64,000 nt of DNA from Camelus ferus (Eukaryota), in NCBI RefSeq assembly GCF_009834535.1, contig NC_045696.1, positions 90,832,001-90,896,000 of the forward strand, given 5' to 3'. The notes under the pieces are model-generated. The model was not told the DNA's origin, made no database searches, and was given only the letters and a program-made list of their open reading frames with translations. Positions 50,023 to 62,160 of the stretch are shown piece after piece (within the stretch, counting starts at the first letter, position 1; every line of letters starts with the position of its first letter). The position numbers and the translations under genes are program-made.

Positions 50023-50940
50023 TCTTTTTTTAAATTAAAGTATAAAAATGTTTACAGTGTTGTATCAATGTCTGGTGTATAGCACAATGCTTCACTCATA
50101 TAGGAACATACATATTTTCATTTCATAGTCTTTTTCATCATTAAATTACTACAAGATATTGAATATCTGCAAATCTTGAACTCCCAATTTACCCCTTCCT
50201 ACCCCCTTCCCTCCCTGGTAACCATAAGTTTATTTTCCATGTCTATGAGTCTGTTTCTGTTTTATACATAAGTTCGTTTGTCTTTTTTTTTATTCCACAT
50301 ATAAGTGATATCATATGGTCTTTTTCTTTCTCATTCTCACTTACTTCACTTACAATGACATTCTCCAGGTTCATCCATGTTGCTGCAAATGACATTATTT
50401 TATTCTTTTTTAAGAGTGAGTAGTATTCCATTGTATAAATATATGACAGCTTCTTTATCCTGTCATCTGTTGATGGACATTTAGGTTGTGTCCGTGTCTT
50501 GGCTGCTGTAAATAGTGCTGTTATGAACATTGGGATGCATGTATCTTTTTGAATTAAGGTTCCCTCTGTCTATATGCCTAGGAGTGGGATTGCTGGATCA
50601 TATGGTAAGTGTATTATTAGTCTTTTGAGGAATCTCCATATTGTTTTCCATAATGGCTGCAACCAAACTACATTCCCACCAACAGTGTAAGAGGGTTCCT
50701 TTTTCTCCACAGCCTCTCCAGCATTTATTGTTTGTGGATTTTTGAATGATGGTCATTCTGACTGATGTGAGGTGATACCTTGTTGTAGTTTTGATTTGCA
50801 TTTCTCTGATAAGTAGCAATAATGAGCATATTTTCATGTGCCTATTGGCTATTTGTATGTCTTCATTGGAGAATTGCTTGTTTAGGTCTTCTGCTCATTT
50901 TTGGATTGGGTTTTTTTTTTCTTATTAAGTTGTATGAACC
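50023..50940 (-). mobile_element. Young L1 3' end (about 0.9 kb) nested in older minus-strand L1 (about 49500-52580)
   Basis: ORF2 C-terminal peptides in ORFs 50243-50530 and 50598-50837 ([18 protein letters not shown]); T tail at left. Confidence 0.9.
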
Positions 50941-51392
50941 ATTTACCAATGTTTGAATTCAGATATTCACCATTATGTATTAAATATATAATTACATTTT
51001 GTCACAGATGTGCTATTTTTCTTTAATAATTTGCATGATATGTTTCAATTTTGTACACATTCTTTTTGTGTGCATGTAGAAATTATAAAGTTTTAAGCAG
51101 TCAGTTATATCAGCATTTTCCTTTATGACTTTTGCTGTTTTTAAAATCATGATTAGGAAGTCTTTTCCTACCCAAAGATCATGTAACCATTTATTTGTAT
51201 TTTCTCCTAATATTTTTGTCATTTATTTAATACGTTAAATAATGAACATATCTGGAGTTCATTTTCTTACAAAATGTGAGGTAAAATCCAACCTAATTTT
51301 TTTCTAATATTATTTTGTTGACTTTGTCATGAACTCTAGTTTTTATTTTCATTTTGGTGCAGTTAAATTTATCATTCTTTTTTATGGTTTTC

Positions 51393-51505
51393 TTTTTTTT
51401 TTTTTGCTCTTTTTAATTGAAGTACAGTCAGGTACAATGTGTCAATTTCTGGTGTACAGCACAATGTCCCAGTCATGCATATACATACATATATTTGTTT
51501 TCATA
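51393..51505 (-). mobile_element. Short young L1 3' end with TSD
   Basis: Poly-T then TAATTGAAGTACAGTCAG...; TSD TTTATGGTTTTC 51381-51392 / TTTACAGTTTTC 51506-51517. Confidence 0.8.
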
Positions 51506-52698
51506 TTTACAGTTTTCATCATTAGTGCAATACTTGATAAAAGCCTTCTATGTCAAGAGTATCTGTATTTGTGTATAGACACACACAGGTGTATGTCTAT
51601 TTTTCCAGTATCTTTATAGTTCCATTTTTAATATTGAAATCATTAGTTTATCTGAAATTTATTTTGGTGTATTGTATGAAATGAAGAGTTAACTTTTCCC
51701 TAGATGCTTGCTCAGTTCAATCAATATCGTTGTCAAATAATTTATATTTTGTTATTGATTTTAAATCTTACCTTTGTCACATAATATATTCTTACAACTA
51801 CTTGAACAAATTTCTGGATTTTCTGTTCTATTCCATTTATCTTTCTGTTTATTCTTATACTAATTCCATACTTTTATAATACACTTAAACACCTTATAGC
51901 TTTTCTTACATTTTTTAGTTTTAGTGGTATAAATTGGTATTGCATTGCCCTTTAATTTCCATTATCTAGTAGTGATTTGGAGCATTTTTTCATGCTTGTT
52001 GACTATTTGTATTTGCTATATATATGTGTATACACACACACCCCTTTTATTCATTTTCCCCTTTAGTTATGGCTTCTATAACCTAAGAATATTAACCCTT
52101 TATCTGTCATCTGCATTACAAATAGTTTTGCAACTTTATTATTTATTGTTTATGGTATCTTTTACTGTATATACATCTTCAGTTAAAAGTATATATATTT
52201 ACAGGGTCTACCTTTTATTTTATGGCTTCTAGGTTTCTTGCCTGAGTTAAAAATTCCCCTACCAGTAGCTGTACCTATAGTTTCCTATATGTTCTTGCAA
52301 GATATGTGTTATTTTAAATTTTACATTTAAGATTTTAATTCATCTGAATTAATTTTTCAATATAGTCTAATATAAAGGTCTAACTTTATTTCTTCAGATA
52401 GCTCATTGTGCCAATACTATTTTTGAATATAAATATCACTTTTATTATACATTAAATTTTTATATATACTGAGTCTCTATTCTGTCGCATTGGTCAATTT
52501 GCCTACTCTTCTGCCAATTCAATATTAGGCTATATATAATACAATATTTTGACAAATTCTGTAGTTATTTGATTACAATGGCAGAACGACATTGTCAAAT
52601 ATGCAAGCATTAAGCAAATGTAGTATCTTTGAGTCCTTGAAAAAAAACTTAGTAGTAAAACTCTGGCAACAAAGAGATGAATAAAGATAAAGAAACTA

Positions 52699-54687
52699 TT
52701 TTAAAGGGGATTGTTTCTTTACTTTCTCTTTCTGTTGATTCATCGTTAGTGTAAAGAAATGCAACTGATTTTTGAACGTTAATTTTGTAACCTGCTACTT
52801 TGCTGAATTCTTCAATCAGCTCTAGTAGTTTTTGTGTGGACCTTTTAGGGTTTTCTATATATAGTAACATGTCGTCGGCATATAGTGACACTTTGACCTC
52901 TTCTTTTCCAATTTGGATCCCTTTTATTTCTCTCTCTTGCCTGATTGCTGTGGCTAGGACTTCCCAGGACTATGTTGAATAGGAGTGGTGATAGTGGGCA
53001 TCCTTGTCTTGTCCCAGATTTTAGTGGGAAGCTTTTGAATTTTTCACCGTTGAGTACTATGCTGGCTGTAGGTTTGTCATATATAGCTTTGATTATGTTG
53101 AGATATGTTCCCACTACACCCACTTTGGCGAGAGTTTTTTATCATAAATAGGTGTTGAATTTTATCAAATGCTTTTTCTGCATCAATTGAGATGATCATG
53201 TGGTTTTTGTCCTTTCTCTTGTTGATGGGATGTATTACATTGATTGATTTGTGTATGTTGAACCAGCCTTGTGTCCCTGGGATGAACCCCACTTGGTCAT
53301 GATGTATAATCTTTTTTATGTGTTGTTGGATTCTATTTGCTAAAATTTTGGTGAGGATTTTGGCGTCTATGTTCATCAGTGATATTGGCCTATAATTCTC
53401 TTTTTTTGTAGTGTCTTTGCCTGGTTTTGGTATCGGGGTGATGGTGGCTTCATAGAATGAGTTTGGGAGTATTCCCTCCTTTTCAATCGTCTGGAAGAGT
53501 TTGAGAAGGACTGGTATGAGTTCTTCTTTGTATGTTTGGTAGAATTCCCCGGTGAAGCCATCCGGTCCTGGACTTTTATTTGTAGGGAGGTTTTTAATTG
53601 CTATTTCTATTTCCTTTCTAGTGATCAGATTGTTCAAGTGGTCAGTTTCTTCTTGATTCAGTCTTGGTGGACAGTATGTTTCCAGAAACTTGTCCATCCC
53701 CTCTAGGTTATCCAGTTTGGTTCCATATAGTTTTTCATAATATTCTCCAATCCAAAAATGGGCAGAAGACCTAAAGAAGCAACTCTCCAAGGAAAACATA
53801 CAAGTGATCAAAAGGCACATGAAAAAAATGCTCAATATCACTAATTATCAGAGAAATGCAAATCAAAACTACAATGAGGTATCACCTCACACCAGTCAGA
53901 ATGGCCGTCATTCAAAAATCCACAAATGACAAATGCTGGAGAGGCTGTGGAGAAAGGGGAACCCTCCTACACTGCTGGTAGGAAAGCAGTTTGGTGCAGC
54001 CACTATGAAAAACTGTGGAGATTCCTCAAAAGACTAGGAATAGACTTACCGTATGACCCAGGAATCTCACTCCTGGGCTTGTTCCAGAAGGAACCCTACT
54101 TCAGGATGACACCTGCACCCCAATGTTCATAGCAGCACTATTTACAATAGCCAAAACATGGAAACAGCCTAAATGTCCATCAACATGGATAAAGAAGAAG
54201 TAGTATATTTATAGAATGGAATACTACTCAGCCATAAAAACCGACAACATAATGCCATTTGCAGCAACATGGATGCTCCTGGAGAATGTCATTCGAAGTG
54301 AAGTAAGCCAGAAAGAGAAAGAAAAATACCATATGAGATCGCTCATATGTGGAATCTAAAAAACAAAAACAAAAACAAACAAACAAACAAAAACAAAGCG
54401 TAAATACAGGAAAGCAATAGACTCATAGACAGAGAATACAGACTTGTGGTTGCCAGGGGGGCGGAGGGTGGGAAGGGATAGACTGGGATTTCAAAATTGT
54501 AGGATAGATAAACAAGATTATACTGTATAGCGCAGGGAAATATACACAAAATGTTATGGTAGCTCACAGAGAAAAAAATGTGACAATGAGTGTGTATATG
54601 TCCATGTATGACTGAAAAATTGTGCTGAACACTGGAATTTGACACAACATTGTAAAATGATTATAAATCAATAAAAAATGTTAAAAA
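52699..54687 (+). mobile_element. Young L1 with 5' inversion (52699-53746 antisense RT segment; 53747-54687 sense 3' end)
   Basis: Minus-strand RT ([33 protein letters not shown]) joined to plus-strand PIQKWAEDL...3' UTR and poly-A; TSD AAAGAAACTA 52689-52698 / 54688-54697. Confidence 0.93.
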
Positions 54688-54989
54688 AAAGAAACTAGAA
54701 AATGGGAAGCTAGGTCATAAAAGGACTTATGAGGATCATTAAATTCATTAAAAAGACTATGATCAAACAACTGTGACAAATATGTTGCAAAACAATACTT
54801 ATGTAAATGTGTTTAATACTGGCAATGTAAAAAGAACAAACAAAATCAGTTGGTGGCTGTTTCGTAATTTGACAATTTGTCAATATTTTAAATGCACATA
54901 ACCTTTGACCCAGCAATTCTACTCACTCTTATACATGGAACAATTTCAAGTTCAGTGAGTGTGAAGAATTGTACTCTTTGGGAATACAG

Positions 54990-56200
54990 TAATTCTGTAA
55001 CAGTAGATTTAACCAGGTTTAGGGAGTTAAAAAAGGCTTCTTTGAGAAAGTAACATTTTAATTAATAAGGATCAGAATAAATAAGATTTGCTCATAGAGT
55101 CAGTGTTGGGAGTGAGGAAGATGGAAAAGTCAAAGAATACTCCTGATATGGAACTTGAAAAGCTGTTTGGACAGTGCTACTGTTTACTAAAAAGGGAATA
55201 CGTAAGGAGGAGATATGCAGGGAGATGATTCATTCCATTGTGGGCCTGTTGAGATCGAAATAGTAGGTGGCAGATGTGACAGGTTAGGCACATAAATTTA
55301 TGGATTGGTCTGGAACTCAGAAGAGAGGTCTAGGCTTGTGTTAGAGGTTGGGGGTTGGTGATGTACAGATGTAGCTGAAGTCAAGGAGTTCATGTGAGTG
55401 CCTCTAAGAGAGTAGGTCGTGCAAAGAGAAGGGAGACTGGGGAAGGCATAAGGAGCACCCACATTTCATGGTCAAGAAGAGCAGGAGGATCCCTGAAAAT
55501 AGAACTGAAAATGGAGGCCAAAGATGTAGGAGAAAATTCAGTGTTTCTTGGGAATTAAGGAAGAGTGTGTCTTAATGGAGACAGTAGTCACCTGTGCCAA
55601 TGCTGCTAAGAGATCAAGTTCAGAGGGGGCCTGAGTCATGTCTACTGGATTTGTTATAAGGAGACCTTTTATAATATGTGGAAAGGTCATCTGGGGGAAG
55701 GGTAGAGACAAAAATCCAGCTAGGAGTGCATTGAAGGGAAATGAGAGGTGAAGATATAGAGTTGAGGTTAATTCTCTCAAAAAGTTAGGCTGTGAAGTGA
55801 AGGAAAGAGTCAGAGCAGAAAGTTGAGGGGATGTGGGATTTAGAAGGTTTATAATTTTAAATTAAAAAAATACTGATATGAAGACTCCAGTAAAGAGAGG
55901 TTAGAGATAACAGGAAAGAGGATAACCGTAAGCCATTTTTTCAAGATTCCTGAGAAGGCTGGGGAGGGTGGGGTGAGACCTGGAGCATAGGGAAAGGGAC
56001 GCCTGCTCAACAGTAAGAGATCAGGAGGAGAAGGATGAACACAGATATAAGTAAGCACATGGCTGTGATGGGAAGATGGTCAGGTAACTTCAACCTGCTA
56101 GAGTAGGAGGTGAGGAGAGCTACTGGGAGAGAAGATGAAGGACCGTGGGTCAGCAATTTGAAAAGCAGAAGAAGGCTTAGAAGAAGGCTTGCAAGGTGTG
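54990..56200 (-). mobile_element. L2 LINE fragment
   Basis: Purine-rich L2 motifs AAGGCTTCTTTGAGAAAGTAACATTT, GGTCTGGAACTCAGAAGAGAGGTCTAGGCT, AATGCTGCTAAGAGATCAAG. Confidence 0.7.
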
Positions 56201-56379
56201 GGGCACTGGAGAGCTAATTGATTGGAAACAGCATTCTCCAGAGAGCCTCACACTTCCTTATGACATGAGGCAAAAATTTCTGATGTTTGGGTATTCTAGT
56301 AATTTGAGTTATTTAAGGTAAAATCCAGATTGAGGGGTGGCTATCCATAAACATTCTAGACCATGTCTAGTGTAAACTT

Positions 56380-59287
56380 TTAAAAATTTTATCATTTTTT
56401 ATTGTGGTACAGTTGGTACACAATATTTCAGATGTACAGCAAAGTGATTCAATATACATATACATATATGTTTTCTTCTATATATTCTTTGCCGTTATAG
56501 GTTATTATAAGATATCGAATACAGTTCTTTGTGCTCTATGGTAGGTCCTTGTTGTTTATCTATTTGATATTTAGCAGTGTGTATCTGTTAATCCCAAATT
56601 CCAAATTTATACCCCTCCTTTTCTGTCTGGTAACCATAAGTTTGTTTTCTATGACTGTGAGTCTATTCGTGGTAAATAAGTTCATTTGTATCATGTTTCT
56701 AGATTACACCTAAGTGATGTCATATAATATTTGTCTTTCTCTGATTTACTTCACTTAGTATGATAATCTCTAGATCCACCCATGTTGTTGCAAATGGCAT
56801 TATTTCATTCTTTTTATGGCTGAGTAATATTCCATTGTGTAAATATACCAATCTTTTTCAATCCATTCATCTGTCAATGGACATTTAGGTTGCTTCCATG
56901 TCTTGGCTATTGTAAACAGAACCGCTGTGAACATATGTCTTTTTGAGTTAGAGTTTTCTCTGGATATAGGCCCAGTAGTGGGATTGCTGGATCATATGGT
57001 AAGTCTATTTTTAGTTTTTTAAGGAACTTCCATACTGTTCTCTATAGTGGCTGCACCAATTTACATTCCTACCAACAATGTAGAAGGGTTCCTTTTTCTC
57101 CACACCCTCTCTAGCGTTTATTGTTTATAGACTTTTTAATGATGGCCATTCTGAGTGGTGTGAGGTGATATCTCATTGTAGTTTTGATTTGCATTTCTCT
57201 AACAATTAGTGATGTTGAATATCTTTTCATGTGCTTGTTGGTCATCTGTATGTCTTCTTTGGAGAGATGTCTATTTAGATCTTCTGCCTATTTTTTTTTA
57301 TTGGGTTGTTTGTTTTTTGATATTGAGCTGTGTGAGCTGTTTGTATATTTTGGAAATTAATACCTTGTTGGTCACATCATTTGCAAATATTTTCTCCCAT
57401 TCTGTCAGTTGTCTTATCATATTCTTTGTGGCTTCCTTTGCTGTGCAAAAAACTTTAAGGTTAATTAGGTCCCATTTGTTTATTTTTGCTTTTATTCCAT
57501 TACTCTAGGGGATGGATCCAAAAAAATACTGCTGTCGTTTATGTCAAAGAGTGTCCTGCCTATGTTTCCCCCTAGTAGTTGTATAGTATCTGGTCTTACA
57601 TTTAAACTTTAATCCATTTTAAGCTTATTTTTGTATATGGTGTTAGAGAATGTTCTAATTTCAGTCTTTTACAGGAAGCTGTCCAATTTTCCCAGCACCA
57701 CTTATTGAAAACTGTCTTATCTCCATTGTATATTCTTGCCTCCCTTGTCATAGATTAATTGACCATAGGTGTGTGGTTTTATTTCTGGGCTTTCTATCCT
57801 GTTCCATTGATCTCTGTGTCTGTTTTTGTGCCAGTACTATACTGTTTTGATTACTGTAGCTTTGTGGTATAGTCTGAAATCAGGGAGCATGATTTCTTCA
57901 GCTCTCTTCTTTCTCAAGATTGTTTTGGCTATACAGGGTATTTTGTGTTTGCATACAAATTAAAAATTTTTTGTTCCATTTCTGTGAAAAATGCCATTTG
58001 TAATTTGATAGAGATTGCATTGAATCTGTAAATTGCCTTGAGTAATATGGTCACTTTAACAATACTGATTCTTCCAATCCTAGATCACAGTATGTCTTTT
58101 CCATCTATTTGTGTTATCTTCAATTTCTTTCATCAGCCTTTTATAGTTTTCAGAGTACAGGTATTTTGCCTCCTTAGGTAGGTTTATTCCTAGGTATTTT
58201 ATTCTTTTTGATGCTAGTAAGTGGGATTGTTTCCTTAAATTTTCTTTCTAATATTTCATTGTTAGTGTATGGAAATGCAACAGATCTATAGCAATTATCA
58301 TATGTTTTTTATTCTTCAATTTGATGATGTAGTGTATCACATGGATTGGTTTGCGAGTACTGAAAAAATTTTGCATCCCTGGGATAAATCCCACTTGATC
58401 ATGGTGTATGATCCTTTTAATGTTTTGTTGGAGACAGTTAGTATTTTGTTGAGGATTTTTCCATCTATGTTTATTAGTGATGTTGGCCTATAATTTTCTT
58501 TTTTGTGATATCTTTGTCTAGTTTTGGTATCAGAGTGATGCTGGCTTCATAGAATTAGTTCCAATATTTTGGAATAGTTTTAGAAGAATAGGTGTTAACT
58601 CTTCCCTAAATGTTCGGTAGAATTCACCTGTGAAACATTCTGGTTCTGGACTTTTGTTTGTTGGAAGTTTTTACATTATGAATTCAGTTTAAGCACTTGT
58701 AATTGGTCTGTTCATATTATCTATTTCTTCCTGGTCCAGTCTTGGGAGTTTTATACCTTTCTAAGAATTTGTCCATTTCTTCTAGTCTCTCCATTTTATT
58801 GGCATATAGTTGCTTGTGGTAGTCGCTTATGATCCTTTGTATTTCTGTGGTGTTGATTGTAACTTCTCTTTTTTCATTTCTAATTTTACTGATTAGGGAC
58901 CTCTTCCCGCCCCCAACCTTTTTTTTTTTTTTTTTTTTTGATGAGTCTGGCTAAAGATTTATCAATTTTGTTTACCTTTTCGGAGAATCAGCTTTTAGCT
59001 TCATTGATCTTTTCTATTTTTTTTTTGTTGTTGTTTCTATTTCATTTATTTCTGCTCTGATCTTTATGATTTTCTTCCTTCTGCAAATTTTGGGTTTTGT
59101 TTGTTCTTCTTTCTTTAGTTGCTTCAAGTATAGTGTTAGGTTGTTTATTTGAGATTTTTCTTGTTTCCTGCTATAAACTTCCCTCTTAGAACTGTGTTAG
59201 CTGCATCCCATCCATTTTTTATTGTTGTGGTTTTGTTTTCACTTATCTCTGGGTGTTTTTTGATTTCTTGTTTGATTTCTTCTGTGA
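56380..59287 (-). mobile_element. 2.9-kb 5'-truncated L1 with internal deletions
   Basis: Perfect 14-bp TSD TCTAGTGTAAACTT 56366-56379 / 59288-59301; ORF2 and 3' UTR on the minus strand. Confidence 0.92.
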
Positions 59288-59534
59288 TCTAGTGTAAACT
59301 TAAAAAAAGACACATAAAAAACAAAACAAAACTTTGAAGAGTAGACTGGTTCTACTTTACCATGCATGGTGTAAAGCAAAAGTCAATGTCCACTAAAAAT
59401 CTGGAAAAATCTGCATATATCTTTGTGTTCCTTAAGCAAATGAGGTATACAAAATCCAGATATGCAAACTAAATATATTAGAGTTTTTTCCCTGTAGAAT
59501 CACCAGAGAATTTGTTTTGAAAAAGTGCTGGGCT

Positions 59535-59750
59535 AGAGGGGAAACAGCATGAAGTTTGGAGTCAGATAGACTTGGTTTCAATCCAGCTTTGCTGATTACC
59601 AAAATGACCATGGCCAGGTCAGTATTGCTGGGCTTCAGCTTTCTCATCTCTTAAGTAATAAAACCTACCTGGTTGAGTTTTATGAGGATTGAGTGAAGTG
59701 ATATATGTAAAATATCCAGGACAATTTACAGCACAAAATTAGTGCTTATT
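59535..59750 (+). mobile_element. MIR SINE
   Basis: TTTGGAGTCAGATAGACTTGGTTTCAATCCAGCTTTG...GAGGATTGAGTGA. Confidence 0.75.
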
Positions 59751-60700
59751 TAGAGAGATCTTCTGTTTATTCTTGTTTTACAGGATTTGCAAGATTGAGT
59801 TACAGAGTTCCTATGAATGACCACCTTTTGTTGCCTAGCCAATCAACCTGTAAACATTTATTGAACACCTAGTAGTTACTAGGTGCTTAGTCTTGTGCTA
59901 GGGACTGTGGAAACAAAGAAGAATGAATCTGGTTGTTGCCCTAGAGCTCTTCATACTGCACTTAAAATGTTTTCACATATAAGGTTTATAAACACACACT
60001 CTAGAGTTTGTTAGTTGCTTAACTGAGTTGATTACGCAATATTTTAGCCCAGTGGCTGGTATATAAGAACCACTTAACACATCTTATTTTTCCTCTCTTC
60101 CTTTCCTGAGATAAGATACAGGCATTCCCAGCTTTATGACCAACTGATGTACAGATTCAGAAATACAGCTTATGATAGGTGTGCAAAGAAACTGTTGAAA
60201 GGCACGCCCATCTTTGGGGAGTCGACCTCTGGGCGCAGACTTCCAAGGTTGGTTGCTTGTTTTGCCCTAAATAACATCCATGACATAGTCTAAAAGTTCC
60301 ACTTCTTTTCATGACCCTGCCTGTGTTTCCTGTGGTTTTGCCTCAGGGATATCCTTTCCATTTTAGAAAGCTGAGTTTCTAACATTCATATCTATTTCAG
60401 ATTTCTCGAGGTTCCTTGAAACAATTTTTTCTTTCTAAAATGCACAATTTGATGTCAGTTTTTCTTCTGGCTCAGTAAGAGAAATGGTGTTCTCTGGAGC
60501 CTGTAAAAGGTCACTGTGCATGATGCTGAAACTTTAGAAGTTCCTCTGCAATTACATCTTTCAGTGAATTCAAATTTCTTGTTTTATGAAATTTTAAAAA
60601 CTATGTGAATGTGTTTCCATTGTTAAAAATTAAAATACCCAAGTTCAGTGCATAAGATGTGAAATACTTAACTTTTTTCTCCTTATCCCTTCCATTTCTT

Positions 60701-60786
60701 CTTTTTTTTTTTTTATTAAAGTATAGTTGATTTACAACGTTGTGTTAGTTCCTGGTGTACAGCATAGTGATTCAGTCATACATATA
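60701..60786 (-). mobile_element. Very short L1 3' end with TSD
   Basis: Poly-T, ATTAAAGTATAGTTGATTTACAACG...; TSD CCCTTCCATTTCTT / CCCTTCTACTTCTT. Confidence 0.75.
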
Positions 60787-61459
60787 CCCTTCTACTTCTT
60801 TGAAGTAACACTATTATTACTTTGGGGAATATTTTTCCAGATATTATTCTATATATTTCATGCATAAAAATTTTTGTGTGAAATATGCATATATATTTTA
60901 CAAACAGGATTATAGGATACAAATTATTCCAAAACTGACTTTTCTCACTTAATAATAGATGTTGGAGCTATTTGACGTGGTACACTGCAATGTATCTCAT
61001 TCTTGTTAATAGTGGCAAAGAATCTTATACTGTGGATAAAAGATGATTTATATAAATAAACCCCTGTTGGTATCCAAAGCCAAACTCCTGAGTTTTCTCC
61101 CACAACCATCTCCATTTTGCTTAATGACAACTGTTCTAGTTGTTCAGGCCAATAACCCTTTAGTTGTCTCTCACCCTCTACCTTTTTCTTTTTAGCAGTT
61201 ATCATTTGTATACATGTTTATTGGTTTATTATCTATTTCCTTCTCACTGGTATATAAAGTTGACAGGTCAGGAACAAGAAATGGTGGCAGTGGAAGGGTA
61301 ACAGGTAAACCTACTGAAAGAAAGGAAAGGGGTGTGTGTGTGTATGTGTGTGGTGTACCTGTGCCTTGGCATCAACTCTAGACTGTCTCACCTCTGTAAT
61401 TCTGGCAGGAATTTCAGGTTTTTACCACTTAATCACCTGGTATCCCCCATCTCTTCTTC

Positions 61460-62160
61460 TGGAGTCTTTTACCACTCTCAACTACTCTGTCACTAAGCCT
61501 TATCAGTTTCCCCAAATATATATTGAGCACACATCCACTTCTCTTTAATACTATTGCATCAACCGTATGTCAGAACGTTAACAACATTGGCCAAGACTAT
61601 TGCTAGAGCTTTCTAAGTGGCATCTCCCATTGGCTGTGCCCAGCCTCTGCTCTCTCCCTCTATATTCTTCATTCTGCACTCAGGGTGATATTTTCACAAT
61701 ATATATCTGAAAACCCCTGAATGGCTTCCCCCCCTCCATGCCCATGAGTCAACTCATGATCCCTCACATTGCCAAAAGGATTCAGCCTATCTTTTCAGCT
61801 TTATTATATACCATTTGCTCCCTTACCCCTGTACCTCAGCCACTCAGATTTCCCTTCAGTTCCTATCTCAGGACCTTTCCACTAGCAATTCCCCTCACAG
61901 AAATGCTCTTTCTCTCTTCCCTTCACCTTACATTATCCTGGTCCCATCTTACATATGTTTTTCTTAGAAATGTTTTCTGTGACTCCACAGACCATACCCT
62001 GGACTTATCTTGTATGACATTCATTACCCTTGTACTTACTTGATTAACATCTCTCTTCCTAGGGAGAATGTATACTCCCTGAGAGCAGGGACCATGCCTG
62101 GCTTCGTCACTGCCAGGCACACGGGCTTCTCAACACATGTTGGCTGAATGAGTGAATGCA
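61460..62160 (+). mobile_element. L2 3' end
   Basis: CTCCCTGAGAGCAGGGACCATG...terminal TGAATGAGTGAATG. Confidence 0.7.

Noticed and set aside
53077..53841. 254-aa reverse-transcriptase-like ORF as a novel or domesticated gene
   Set aside because: Chimera across an L1 inversion junction; truncated and frameshifted before the YADD motif
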